This document shows, in pieces, positions 1 to 12,822 of a stretch of 64,000 nucleotides of DNA. The translations under genes were made by a program, and so were the position numbers. How positions within the stretch are numbered: the first letter of the stretch is position 1; every line of letters begins with the position of its first letter. Under the pieces are notes generated by a model. It had not been told where the DNA came from, ran no database searches, and saw nothing but the letters and a program-made list of their open reading frames with translations. The stretch lies in the NCBI GenBank assembly GCA_010909165.1, contig VJWM01000222.1, positions 186,001-250,000 on the forward strand, read 5' to 3'. This stretch comes from Anthoceros angustus (taxonomy: Eukaryota > Plantae > Anthocerotophyta).

Positions 1-3000
1 AAGCCCTGGCAGCCTCAAGCAGGCTGCCATGTCCCATGGCTGATCCCCGTTGCAGCCTTTGCCTCCTGTTACAGCCCACTTATCATCACTCCAAGATTCG
101 GATCACAGTAATGGGCCAAAGTTTGATCCAGTATGAGTCCGCCACAAAGGTCCCCTTGCAAAGAACAAAATATGCTGGGAGAGCATCTGCCCAGCCATTG
201 AAGCTTGTGTGTGCAGACGCCGAGGCCGGAGAGGCAGCACATAGTGGACAATACCATTGCTCCGCACCTCGGAGAGAGCGGCCGCAAGCAAAATAGGTGG
301 TACCCGTTGCGTGGTCGCACAGCAGATCAGCTGTGGTCGTCTCCTCCGCAACTGCATGGGTAATCAGCCGAGGTACCCAATCACCGTGACAATGGTTGGA
401 TCCAGTTGGGCAAATGGCAAGGCGCACAATTTTTCATGTGATCCTTGGTGGTCCATCTCGATCCTTGTAGCACTAGCACACCATTGTCCTTGACCTCCGA
501 ACTCGCAGCACATGTCGATGGGTGGTGGTGTCAAGGGTGTCCCACTTGCTTCGCAAGTAAACAAAGTCCCCACCGAATTTCTTGAGCTTGGGTCCGTCGC
601 TGCGAGTGTGGGCATATCTAGGTGTCCGATGTTGGGCAATCCTCAAATTAGCCATGGCCATCGGCATGGCTTGCAGCAACGCACGACCGATGACTGCTCA
701 AATTGCGGATCATCCAGATCCACTACCTCATAGAGTTGCTTGGCAATGGCTAGGCATGGGTTCCCTCCCAAACAGCAAGAAGTAGGGACTGAAATGTGCC
801 AAGGAGGCATGCCGACTCATACGGTAGCCCATGGCGATGTAGGGAAGAGCCAAGTCCCACTCTGTCTTTGGCATTTGAAGGCAGAGCTTCCTTAGACCCT
901 TCTTGATGGTCTGTACCATCCGTTCAGCCAGGCCATCAGCCGAGGATGGTCTCGGCTGGTCCTGCGATGGTCGATGAGCGGCCCAGCGGGTCTTGGAATT
1001 CCTCAAATTCGCACTCGATCCGTCAAGCACTCGCAGCCTCCCAAAGCGACTCAGACATTCTGAAGAAAGGCCCGAGCGGTGCTTTTGGAGCTCTTGTCCG
1101 GCAGGGCCACCACCTCTACCCACTTGGAGAAGTGCTCCATCATGACGAGAATGTACACGCCCTCGTGGTGTCTTGGGTAGTTCACCCAACAAGTCACAAG
1201 ACCACCTAAAGAACAGTCCCATGATAGGCAAAGGGTGCAGCTGAGGGTTCGGATGGTGAAGGAGGTCTTCACCTGTCAGCCCCTGCAACAGCCACCGCTT
1301 GACTTGGGCGTACATCCCTTGCCAATGGAAATGCGGAGGAGCAAACCGTGCACGCTTGACTCCAAATGGCCCATGTCATCGCAGGCACTCGACAATGAGC
1401 TGCCCCTATCAGCAGTGGTGGCACCAATCGCTCCAGCCCATTGGTCAGCCTCCTCAAGAAATGCCCATCACGCCATTGATACTTGGAAGCGCACCGGCTA
1501 ATTCTTTCTTGCTCAGTGCTCAATGGCTGATCCAAATTGTCCTGTTTGGACAAATAGGAGAGTTTTGAGTCTTCCTGATGTCCTTGGACCTCCTGTCCCC
1601 AGCATATGTGCTCAATGCTAAGGACTGTCCCATACTGGACCACCTGTGCTTGTCAAAGCCACCATCGCAGCCACCGACATGCTGCAGATCTCCATCATCT
1701 TGGTCCTGTCCGCTTCTGTAACATCTTCGCAACTAGCACCGGGATTCCGAGAGAGTGTCCGCGTTTTGGTGTGTGACTCCCTGGTGCACCACTTGAAATT
1801 CATAGTCCTGCAAGATCATGGCCCACCTTGCAAGCTTCCCACTCAACTTAGGTGTTGGTCATCAGCCATTTGAGGGGCTGATGGTCGATGACTAGCGTGA
1901 AGGGCTTGCCATAGTAGGGCCTAAATGACAAACCCCATACAGCACTCCCCTTGGTAGCTATCAGAGTTGGCTTCACGATTGTTGCTGTGAAGCATACGCA
2001 ACCACCCGCCTTTCCATCTTCATCTTGTTGGGCTAGCATGCCCCTAGGCTCAAGATGCTCCAATCCGTATGTACCACAAACGGCTTGGAGAAGTCGGTCA
2101 GCCATGACAGGAGCTTCCGTCAAGCTCAGCGTTTAAAGCTTGCTGGGTCTTCTCCGTCCAGGCCCAAACAACATCCTTCCGACAAGTCATTCGGGCTTGG
2201 CACCGGTCAAGTCCCGAATGTATACTCGGTAATAGTTGCATAGGCCGAGGAAAGCTCGCAAGGCGAGAGGTTGTGGGCTCTCGCACCTGCAAGATGGCCT
2301 GTACCTTGGCAGCATGAGGCATTACGCCTGTGCACAACCCTATGACCAAGGTATGCCACTTGTCCATGCCAAATACACTGGTGACATGTCAATCGCGCCC
2401 GCAATCTCTTGAACAGATCTTCCAGGTGCACCAAATGAGACTCAAAGTCCTCGTGGACCAGGACATCATCAATGTAGCACATGAGGTTCTGAACTCGCAA
2501 GTACTATGTCCATTACGCTATCACCTGCGTTCTTGAAGCCAAAGGGCATCACCAGCCATTCCCACAGCTGTTGAGAGCCGTGGAAGGCTGTCTTCTTGAT
2601 GTCCTCTTCAGCAACAGCACCTGGTTGAAGCCTTGACGCAAATCCAAAATCGAGAAGTAGGTAGACTTGCCAATGTTGTAAAATCTCCTCGGCTGGGCAT
2701 GGGGTACCGATCCTGGCTGTCACGAGTTGATAGGACGGTAGTCTCCGCACATCCTCTTCTCTGCCCACATCCTGTTGTCCTTCTTGGGAGGCATCACTGT
2801 GGCAGCAGATAGTCGAGCTAGAGGGGCGAATGAGCCCGGCTTCAAGCAACTCTTGACAGTGCATCCACCATGTCCCACTCGGTTTGCTGAGCCCAGTAGC
2901 GCCTGATAGGCTCCTTGCTGGTCGATTGATGCGAAGGTGGTCACATTACATCGCTAATTCCCGCATGGAGAAGGCAAACAGCCCGGTATTGGAGCAAAAG

Positions 3001-6000
3001 GGCATGTATCTGCCGCCTTGTGAGTTGGGGCCCCATGACCCAACGAAAGTCTCGACATAAGCGAGGCTTGGGTGCTGAATTGGGAGTCCCTACTCCGAAT
3101 CTTCCCATACTGGACGATCCCATACTGGATCGCCCCAGATTCAGCTTCCCATGTCCACGAGAGCTTGATGCTGAGAATGCATGGCCATGCCACTGCCTCC
3201 CCCCGCATCAAGCCAATATGACCAGTGGTGTATCCGGGAAGGGCAAATGGATGCACGGGAAAAGGACCTCGGGCGGGGAGCTGGAATGCCAACAGCTGAA
3301 AGGCCGACATATGCTGATGAGCCAAGTGAGGGTGACAGATCCATAGCGGCCCAAGGCGGCCCGGCGGTGACGGTAACTTGGGAGCAGCAGTGGCATGGGT
3401 GTGGAAACCCATGACGCGCCCCGCTCTCCACATTGGGCTCCTCCCAGGTGGGTGTTGTTGAATAGCAGACCTGCCTTGTCCCCTGAGCATAGGAGCCGGA
3501 AAGCTCACTAGGGTGGGAAGGGGCTGCCTGCCCCGGTGGTGCGGGTACCAAGGTGCACGCCGGCACTGTCACAGCCCGTGGCTGATGCCAAGGGTCCAAC
3601 ACATTGGAGAGCTTGAGAGTGGGGTCCCGAGTAGCGGGTGACCACCAACTCTAGCAAAGGTTGAGGGCCAGTTGGTCCAATAGTTTCGCGATGAGCAAAA
3701 CCGCCAACTGGACAGCATCCATGAGCAAGGGCGTGCCCACATGCTGGATGATGGCCATGTCTTGGCGAACGCAGCCGAGTGTCCACTGCCAGGTGTTCTC
3801 CAGCAGCCTGGGCAAGTGCTGAACATCCACCAAGATGCGGTGAAGGTCCCAAAACACAAGGCTTCGTGGATCTTGTAATCCTCCCCTGGGCTTGAGAAAA
3901 TCCTTGGCATTCCCATCCCGCAATCACGAAGTGGATGGGGCCGTGGAGCGAATGGGCGGCTACTGGATGTCTTGGGGCATCAGTAGAAAAGGTGCCCGAG
4001 ATAGCATGGGTAGTGAAGGGAAGCCGCAGCTAAGGCGAAAAGCAATGGCAAAAATGTAACGAAAGATGCCGCAACCCACCAATTAGTTGTGAGGACCATA
4101 CTTCAGCACAGTCTGCGGTGGTGCCATGTCCGTGCTGATCAGCTGGAGCTGGCTGCCGTGGTGGAGGGATGCGTCCTGGGCTGATAGTCGAGCTCCTGCG
4201 GTGGACTTATCGTCCCTGGAAGAGCAATGCTGAGAGCGACATGAAACAATGGGGGATCGGAGGTGATCTGAAGCGCAGCTGCGTGAGAGCTGAAACCAAG
4301 TCGGATAGCCTCGTGGTCTGATCAAAGCCATCCTGAACAAGGTCAAGCTCAGCATTCCAAATATTGGCTGTGGAGCACCTCGGGACAGCCTGAATGGTCG
4401 CCATAAGGACTGGAGTAGCTAGGACGTGGCGATCGATCCAATCCGCCATGCATTCAAGGGAAAGTGCCACTTCACCACGCCAATCGGTAGTGAGCTTGCT
4501 GTCAATTGTCCACGATGCGGTGGAAACAAAACCTGTCCGAGAAGGACATCGAAGTTAGCCGTCGTGACAAGGCAATGAATGGCCAATGTCATGGCAGCTT
4601 GTCCCGGCTTGAGCGTGATGTGGCTGAACAGCCTCACACACGGGTTCCACAGATGGCTGTCCCGATTGGGTGAATGGCGGAGTGCCGTTCCTGAAGTTCA
4701 GTTTGGCGAGAGCCTTGCTAATGATCACGCCCGTGTCCAAGAGCACAAGCTTGGGAGCATAGCCATTCACCGTGACATGGCCTTCCTATTGTCCACCATG
4801 GCATTGCTCACTCGCACATTCATGCGATTGGTGGGCTGAATGCGGGGTGCTCCCGAGTACTCCGCTACCATGGCAGGCGCGATCGCCCTCAAGTGGCTGG
4901 CCCTCCTCATGGCTGTGGGTGGCCTGCCTGCCACTCCCACCATCGTAACATGGTCGATGGTGGTGGGCACACCCAGCCAAAACGCCGAGGCTGCCCATGG
5001 GATCCACCGCAATCCCGGCCGTCCGAGTATGGGACTGCGGAGGCCCGTGATGGCTCTCGCAGTCCTTGGCATGGAGCTGAAGGTGCTTGGCATTGGGATT
5101 CACTGCCGGGCCCTGTGTGTGGGACCTGAGGGCCAAGGCGAGATTCCCGGCATCCAGTATGGGACTGCGTCCTGTTGAGACTCCACCCCACTGTCCCGAG
5201 TATGGGACTGGAGAATCCCAATTCTCCTCAGCTCGAACATGGAGCTGTGTGCTGTTGAGGTGTCCCCAGCCCATGTGGGATTGGAGTGTCGGCGCTGGGA
5301 CTCCCAATGAGTATGGGATAGCCATGGAAGCTTCAGCTGCCCCAGCACCGAATCGAGCACGCCCAATAAAGGAGGTCTCCAACACCTTGCGCATGATCAA
5401 GGTCGGGTGTACGCCGTGGTAGATGCGCACATTCGGGGTGTCCCATGACTTGAATGTGAGGCGGCTCTCGGCCCATCCAGTGATCCTGCCCCGAACAGGA
5501 TGGACATGCGGGAGGCAGCGCAAAGGATCTAGGCATGGCAGCCCTCGCTCGTTGCCGAGTAAGGATCGGCCCAGCAACATCCAAATGCGCCTTCTTCAAG
5601 TCACATCCTACCCATGTGGCGGGTAGGATGAATCAGGCGTGGAGTCCACAAGAGTGGACACAGGCCTCATGTGGCAGCCGTAATCCTCCTCTCCTCCTCA
5701 GGGGTGCCAAAATGGCGCCCGGGGCTTGGAGGTGGAGGTGCGCCATGCACTGGGCTCCTAGTCAGCCGTAAGTGCTGCCACCGCTGCCTCAATGCGGCAA
5801 TCTTGTCGGGCGTTAGCCGCCTCCTTGGCCTTGGCCCCATTCACTGATCGGCCCTTCGACGCATTCAACCGCCATTGTTGTGGAGTCATGAAGGTGTGGA
5901 CTTCTTGCGATATTTGCGCCCGATGCTTTTGAAACATGTAACCAAATGGCCAGTCTTGTTGCAATGGGAACAATGCAAACCTTCCACAGGAAGCTTGCAC

Positions 6001-6870
6001 GCCGGAGCCAAATGATCCGGCTGCCACAGCGATTGCATAGCATGGAGGTGGTTGCGTTGCTGACTTGATTGGCCGGCCTGAATGGGCTTGAAACCCTGAT
6101 CCCACGCCTCGGATGTGTTCCCTTGCTGGAAAACATGCTTTGATAGTGCGTGAAGGCCTTGGAGTGTCGAAGCATACGCTGAAAACGCGATTTCCTTGCG
6201 CTCCACTTCTTCATGGACTGTGGTGTAGTTGTCCATACTTGTCCACCAAAGAGGTGACAAGTTGAAAGTGGAACAATGGATCCCTCCAACGCCGAAGAAA
6301 CTTCTCGCCTCTTGGTCATCAACATCCCGTGCCTCTCGCACCGAGCTGCAAAAGTCATCTGGACAGCCTCACCCTTCTTACGAGCGAAACGCCAGCTAGC
6401 TATCTTCTGGAGTCTTGGGGAATGCCTTCTCAAGGATGGCCATGAACTCCTCCACGGATTGGGATACTTGGGAGTTTGGATGAACTCCGGACCCCACCGT
6501 GGCGCCACTCGCTCGAGCAATCGACTCACCACGGATGGTGGCTGACAGGGCGAATCGTCCCAGCAGCAATCTTTGCACAGTGGGCACTCACGCCGTTGCC
6601 AACTTGCTGCCAAGCAAGCCGCAGCTCCTTAAACCGTGGGATTCACTATGGAGATGGTAGAGGACAAATCAGCTTGATGTGCCTCATACAAATCCAGCGC
6701 CTCATCGCCAAGTAGCTTGAAAGTTGTTCAAACATGTCTTGGTGATTGTGTGGCGAAAACCCGGGGCTCAAGTTTTCCCCTCTAGCGCCACACTTATCCC
6801 AACCGTCGTTGGGTTCGTCCCATGAGACTCGTGTGAAAATTCGAGGTCCTGTGGATAACCGATAGCTATG
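1..6870 (-). mobile_element. Ty3/gypsy family A copy 1 (frameshifted gag-pol with C-terminal PHD finger), 5' terminal repeat missing
   Basis: Minus-strand fragments in gypsy order: Gag zinc knuckle GLHCSHCNKTGHLVTC (~5930-5990), protease VNGYAPKLVLLDTG (~4730-4770), RT KKTAFHG..WEWLVMPFGFKNA and CYIDDVLVH (~2450-2610), RNase H YYGKPFTLVIDHQPLKWLMTN (~1850-1920), integrase EHFSKWVEVVALPDKS and DGLAERMVQTIKKGLRK (~880-1140). Bases 1-190 are the reverse complement of the family A B-repeat (cf. 34041-34200). Confidence 0.93.
237..360 (-). other. PHD finger coding segment at the integrase C-terminus (family A copy 1)
   Basis: Joining frames gives C..C...ADLLCD.C.NGYHLFCL.PL...WYCPLC (ORFs 86..427 and 69..320), the C4HC3 PHD pattern with the conserved W before the last Cys pair. 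Confidence 0.85.
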
Positions 6871-7059
6871 AGTGACACAACTTCTCAACCTTCTAAGCGA
6901 GCAAGGCGCCTCTACTCACCCTCTTACACTGCACCGCTTGCACCGCCCGAAAGCCTACCAATTCTCAACCTACAACGACACAATTGGTGTTACGCCTTAG
7001 CCAAGGGAGCCTACCACTGCGCCGTGGACCCCCGATCCGCACCGCAATTTCGTCCCTAC

Positions 7060-8330
7060 TCCTAAGACCAATCTCCTCCACTGTGGAGTGCCCTCTTCAC
7101 TTGCAGTTTGGGATTCCCTTAGGCTCCTGGGCCTTCCACTAACACCTACACTTCTAATCCTCTACTCATCTCCTCATCCTCTTCCTCCTATTCTAACCTG
7201 GGCTTCTGTGCTTCGACCGCCCCACTACAACAAATGGGTCCGCCTCCACCAAAGTTCTTCCTCCCAGCTCTCCGCTTTGAGCCAACCTTCCCTCCAAGAC
7301 CTTTTCCGCTCTTCGCTGGTCTATAAGATCTCACGGAGCTTCTCCAGCCTTCTCCAACTTGGCTGCCTTCTCATCGGACTCCATGGCTTCCGGTTGCCAC
7401 TTGGTCCCCGCCTCCTCCTCATCTCTTGGGCCTTCCTCCCGACATGCCCACAAGGAGGCTGCTAGTTCCCTAGCCCCTTCTGTCACGTGAGTGCTCACAA
7501 GCACTCAAAGAACTCAGGGGCCCAAATTCCACTGGTGGCCTCTGCTGGAAATTTCCAGCCTTTCCACACTCCGGGGCCATCGACGGCGAGCCCTCGCACT
7601 GTCGCCCCATCCGCCTCCCACCCAAGCGGGTGATGGCTGGCGCCGCCACGCCACCGCTTCTCCTTCCCTTCCCTACATAGGCTGGGCACCTACAGGGCGC
7701 ACCGCGATAGGCTGCTCCTCACACGGTAGTTCGCCTACTACCGTGGTGATCGCCTACCCAGGTAGTCGCCACCCTGGGTAGGCTGCCTCCCACCGGGTGC
7801 CTCTTCCTAGGCACCCATGAAATGGTGGGAACTCCTCCCACCTTTGGGGTCACCCCTCCCGTGGTAGCCCTCCTCTCAGACTACCATCCGGCCCTCCTCG
7901 GCCGGACCTTGCTCCTCCTTCCCTTGCTCTGGGGAAAGGCCACCGGCAACCTCGTTGCCTCTACTTCTTCCGCCTTGGCCCCGGCGAGGTGGCCTCCCAT
8001 CGTCTTCCTCAAAGCGAAGGCAAAGGCCTCTCTAAGCTTGGCCGGAGGTGAATTATTTCCAAGGATGCCAAGCATCCTCCGCTCTCTTCGGTGAGGAGCC
8101 CTCGGTCTCCCACAAATGCACCAAATAGGTCTTTGATAATAGGCCTTGGCCCTTCCTCATCCGAATTTGGCCTAAGGAGCTTCTCCTGTGATGGATGTAG
8201 GCCTCATACATGATGGTGCCCCAATCCGGCTTGGCTCCTCTCGAAATCTTCCACAAAATTGAAGGAAGTTAGTGCAAATAAGAAGTCCGGCTCCACCTGT
8301 TAATTGGTCTTGTAGAAAACAAGCAGCCAT
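7060..8330 (-). pseudogene. Accessory ORF remnant of an Athila/Tat-like retrotransposon (putative plant transposon protein type)
   Basis: ORF 8053..8256 KISRGAKPDWGTIMYEAY...YLVHLW resembles 45707..45952 EVVKGTQIDWGRMIFE...FLIHVF. It is followed by a low-complexity Glu/Arg-rich stretch. cctac/gtagg short repeats occur within this locus (~7670-7800) and upstream of the other (46560-46760). Confidence 0.5.
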
Positions 8331-8339
8331 ATCACTTTC

Positions 8340-8800
8340 ATCAATGTAAGTACAAGGTTCTCACCGAAGCCACAAAAGAGGCTGAATGGGAAAGGAAGCT
8401 ATGTGAGGATCTGGGTATGACGCAGAAGGGCCAACAATACTTAATGATAATATGTCAAGAATTGCTTTAGCAAACTGTTCCATGCACGTAAACACATAGA
8501 GATTCAACATCACTATATTCGTAATCTGCGAAAGGGGATAGTAAAGGTAGATGTACCAATGATTTACAACACATGGATGTCAACTAAATCCTTGCCCAAG
8601 TTTAAACACGCCCACAGAGAAGGGCTTGGATTAGTAGTAGTAGCTTTAAGGCATACAGAGATTCAATATCACTATATTCGTGATGATGTAGGGGGATAGT
8701 AAGGTATAGTATGTACCAGACAACAAAGAGGCTACTAAATCCTTGCCTAAGTTTAAACACTCGCCCATGTAAAAGGGCTTGGATTAGTCTATTGTAGTAG
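8340..8800 (+). pseudogene. Ty1/copia RNase H fragment with duplicated 3' end
   Basis: Reads YKVLTEATKEAEW..LCEDLG...DN...IALA...FHAR.KHIEIQHHYIR...TKSLPK. The segment agagattcaa(c/t)atcactatattcgt...ggcttggattagt occurs twice (~8498-8635, ~8657-8788). Confidence 0.85.
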
Positions 8801-9074
8801 CTTTATGACGCTAGACAAGTCACTCATATGGTGAGGCTTATCATCTTTGTTCCATCACTTGAAGTGGAAGTTGCTCCTCCTCCTGGATACCCAACAAGAG
8901 AAAGGCGATCACGTGAGGAATGGGTTGAGCCCCCATATCGCGCTTGACTCACAGTGCTAATGTTTCAGACTTACATGTTTGGATGTTAGGCGGATCCACC
9001 GTCGCATCAAAGCCACGAATGGCCGTGATGGCAATCGGCGGGTCACTAGGGTCAAGGACATGCTCCGTCAGAAT

Positions 9075-9302
9075 TCGAGATGACTAATCAAGGAGACCTT
9101 CAATTTTGCCTTGGTATTGATTTTGTAAACAGGATCGGGCACAATTACTCTCCATCGAAAAATACATCAAGGAGATTATGAAAAAGTTTAACCTTGATGG
9201 TGCTCACTCCGTAGCTACACCCTCAAAGAATGGGGAGAAACTAACCAAAGACTATCTCCACAAACTTCACACGAGAAGTAGGATGTGATTGCATTACCTA
9301 TG
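9075..9302 (+). pseudogene. Ty1/copia reverse transcriptase fragment
   Basis: Reads EMTNQGDLQFCLGI....GTITL..EKYIKEIMKKFNLDGAHSVATP...EKLTKD...LPY, typical of copia-type RT. Confidence 0.8.
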
Positions 9303-9479
9303 GGTAAGGCGATGCGGCTTCAAAATGACAAGATGTGCCAACAGGCGTGGATCCCAATGCAAATAAATCTCGTAGCCAACCCATTTTGCGCTACTGGAGT
9401 TTGTAAATCACGCCTTGTCACCAGAAGGAAACACACAATCAGCAAAATTGCTCGGATCTTCAAGGTCTCACCACCCACA

Positions 9480-9815
9480 GAACTTTAAAGGGTTTCTATA
9501 AACCCAAAAGAAAGATCTAAATCCCAACCTACTGGTGCCCCACCACCCCAATGAGCTTTCTTTTGCCTTTAACATCCAACCTTGCACCCTTGGTGCCCCA
9601 CCACTCCCAAATGAGCTTTCTTTGCCTCTAACATCGCAGCCTCGACCTGGTGCCCCACCACCTGCGAGCTTTCTTTGCCTAAATACCGCCAACCTCGCAC
9701 CCCGGTGCCCCACCACCACGAGCGAGCTTTTGCCTCTAAATACCGCCAACCTCGCACTGGTGCCCCACCATCCCAAAGATAACTTTAGAAGGGTTTCCAT
9801 AAACCAAAAGAAAGC
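9480..9815. repeat. GC-rich minisatellite (~55-60 bp unit, core caacctcgcac..ggtgccccacca..gagcttt) between two short direct repeats
   Basis: ggtgccccacca recurs 5 times. aacttta(g)aagggtttc(t/c)ataaacc(c)aaaagaaag flanks the array at ~9481 and ~9781. Confidence 0.8.
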
Positions 9816-9834
9816 TTTCATTTGCTAGCGTGAG

Positions 9835-10112
9835 CAATCAATTGCTTTAAACTAAGAGACACTTGAATGCCGCTTGAGTCTAAGACTCCAATCAATTAGG
9901 TTTTAAACTAAGCGGACACTTGAATCGCTTGAGTCTAAGACTCAATCAATTTTCAATTGCTTTAAACTAAGCACACTTGAATGCCGCTTGAGTCTAAGAC
10001 TCCAATCAATTAGGTTTTAAACTAAGCGACACTTGAATCCGCTTGAGTCTAAGACTCCAATCAATTTTGTTTTAAACCAAGCAAACACTTGAATCTTGAG
10101 TCTAAGACTTGA
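9835..10112. repeat. Tandem repeat, ~57 bp unit x5
   Basis: Unit tttaaactaagcgacacttgaat(g)ccgcttgagtctaagactccaatcaatt repeated head to tail. Confidence 0.9.
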
Positions 10113-10589
10113 CTACAATCGAACCCAAAAGGAAAAATAATAACAAAAATAACCTCCCAAAAAGAAAATAGATACCCCATGAGTGCGAGGTTGGCGACCG
10201 AAATGAAAGTGGAGTAAAAGTTTACGCTGGTGGGGCAGGGGTGCGAGGTTGGCGTTCTAGGGGGCCCCAACTTTAGTTGAGGCCTATCCTTATGGAGGAA
10301 GCTCTATGGTTATCGCCATGTGCAAGAAGTGAGGTAGTGCGACTGAGGGTGGTGGGGAGGTTGGCGTGGGGACCCCGATCCGACTTGGGCACTATATATA
10401 TGTAGGGATCTCCATGGTTTTATGGGGAAAGCTTGTTTGGAAAGATGTGTCACTCTCAAAGGATGAAGCTACACTATGAAATCCAGTGAATCCCTAGGAG
10501 TAGATCGATACGTAGGAGCTATGGTGCTCGGGCATCCAACAAGAAGAGGCTGGATTTGGTTTATTGTTGAAACAACCTATCGGGAAATC

Positions 10590-10745
10590 GTGATTCTTGC
10601 TGAGCCAAAGCCTGTGTCTCATCTACTAAGGTACTCTAGGAAATCGCATTCTTGCAGAGCCAAAGCCTCAAGGTGTCTCATCTACTAAGGTACTCTAGGG
10701 AAATCGCATTCTTGCAGAGCCAAAGCGCTCTCATCTACTAAGGTA
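10590..10745. repeat. Tandem repeat, ~58 bp unit, ~2.5 copies
   Basis: gagccaaagc...tctcatctactaaggtactctagg(g)aaatcgcattcttgca is repeated. Confidence 0.85.
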
Positions 10746-10984
10746 GAGTACAAGGCACTCCTCGGGGCATAAGGATCTCCACAATTGAAAGCAAGGATGC
10801 GAATTCATAGGCGGGCTTGAGACAGGCCACCAAAGTACCATGGTCGCAAAGTTACATCCTTCGGACCCCCTCGGAAGGACTAACTTGCTCGACCTCAAGG
10901 ACTTGAAAAGCCAACGGACCAAGATTTGTATTTGAAGATATCCAGGAGGACTTTGTGACCACGGTGTACTTTGACACCCTCCTT

Positions 10985-12300
10985 AAGCGGACTATGAATT
11001 CCGTCGCCATGAGCTTTAATCGGAGCACTATGGATTTGGGACAATTTAGCTAGATTCCGCGGACTATGAATTCGGCCATGAGTTTTTAAGTCGAAAGTTG
11101 TCGACTATGGATTTGGGGACAATTTACCGCTAGATTCCAATTTTGTGAGGGCTTTATGGTTGTTTATGTCTAGCTTCTTTTTTGGAGGTTATCTTTGTTA
11201 TTCTTTATTTTTGGGTCTGTGCCGCCATGAGCTTTTGTCGCAAATTGCTGTTTTGGAGAGCTTTCCTATGGATTTGGGAACATTTACTGCTAGATTCCAA
11301 TTTTGTGAGGGCTTTATGGTTGTTTTGTTTCTAGCTTCTTTTTGTAGATTATCTTTGTTATTTTTTTTTTGGGTTGTAGCTTAAGGCTAAATCGCTATTA
11401 ATTTTGTGAGGGTTTTTGATTGCTAGAAATGGTTTTTATTTTTAGGTTGGGTTGTAGCTAAGGCTCCAATTTGTGAGGGTTTTTGATTGCTAGAAATGGA
11501 GGTTATTCTTTTTGGGTCATCTTTGTTATTTTTATTTTGGGTTGGCAAAGATATTCTTTATTTTGGGTTGGGTTGTAGCTTAAGGCCAATCGCTCTTCAG
11601 ATTTTGTGAGGGTTTTTGATTGCTAGAAATGGAGGTTATTCTTTTTTTTGGGGTCATCTTTGTTATTTTTATTTTTGGGTTGGGTTGTAGCTTAAGGCTC
11701 CAATCGCTCTTCGAGTTTGTGAGGGTTTTTGATTGCTAGAAATGGAGGTTATCTTTGTTATTTTTATTTTTTGGGTTGGGTTGTAGCTTAAGGCTCCAAT
11801 CGCTCTTTAGTTTTGTGACGGTTTTTGATTGCTAGAAATGGATGTTATTTTTATTTTTTGGGTATTGTAGCTTAAATTCCAATCTTCTTCGTGAGTTTTG
11901 TGACGGTTTTGATTGCTAGAAATGGAGGTTATTCTTTTTTGGAGGTGTTATTTGTGGAGGTTATTCTTTTTTTGGAGGTCATCTTTGTTATTTGTTATTT
12001 TTCGGTTGTAGCTTAAGGCCAATCGCTCTTGAGTTTGTGAGGGTTTCTTGATTGGGTTGTAGCTTAAGGCTCCAATCGCTCTTTAGAGTTTGTGAGGGTT
12101 TCTTGATTGCTAGAAATGGAGGTTATCTTTGTTATTTTTATTTTGGGTTGGGTTTCTTATTTTTTATTTTTGGGTTGGGTAGCTTAAGGCTCCAATCTCT
12201 TCAATTTTGTGAGGGTTTTTGATTGCTTTGTTTCTAGCTTCTTTTTGGGAGGTCATTTTTGTTTCTTTGTTTTCCTTTTGGGTTGGATTGTAGAAGGTTC
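10985..12300. repeat. T-rich degenerate satellite-like array (~90-115 bp unit)
   Basis: gggttgtagcttaaggctccaatcgctctt..tttgtgagggtttttgattgctagaaatggaggttat recurs about 8-10 times, preceded by a related ggatttgggacaatttaccgctagattcc repeat. Confidence 0.85.
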
Positions 12301-12547
12301 TAGTCTCCTTGTGGATTTCACCTCGAGTCTGGGTCACTCGCTTGCCTATACGCCAAACGCAAGAAGTTAGATGACAAGTCACCATTAATTTTTCTAGACT
12401 ACTCTTCATGGATTGTAGCCAAGGTTCTAGTCTCCTGTGTATTTGAGCGACACGCGACAATTGTACCAAGCATGCTACAAAGAGGAGATTGACGTGCCCG
12501 ATTAGGGAGATCCGCCATAGAAACGGTATAAGAAACTTGGTTAATTA

Positions 12548-12820
12548 TGTAACGTTAGGAACGTAGGCATTGGCAGAATTAATCCTAATTAGCGGATAGA
12601 TAGGAATATTAATCCTAATTAGCGGATAGGTAGAAATAGGGTAAATAGTGGTTACATGAACAAGAAACGTGCTCAATTTCTAGGCCAAACGGAAACTGCT
12701 CTGTCACAGGTGTAAGTCGAAGACCAAAGGCACAAGCAGCCCACTTCGTGAGCTCCTTCTAGCGTAAACCAAGACTATGTCCCGGAAGATCCGTCACATA
12801 GAACTTGATCGGACGCTACA
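12548..12820 (+). repeat. 5' LTR of chromovirus-type gypsy (family C)
   Basis: Runs TGTAAC (12548) to GCTACA (12820), an imperfect terminal inverted repeat, and is followed directly by a PBS. It contains an internal duplication attaatcctaattagcggatag. The left boundary is inferred because no partner LTR is present. Confidence 0.7.
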
Positions 12821-12822
12821 TT

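Noticed and set aside
237-360. PHD segments as captured host chromatin genes
   Set aside because: They occur at the same position directly after integrase in every copy of two families with a shared linker, so they belong to the element.
9835-10112. Regular short repeats resembling a CRISPR array
   Set aside because: Units are head-to-tail with no unique spacers, there are no cas genes, and the context is eukaryotic transposons.
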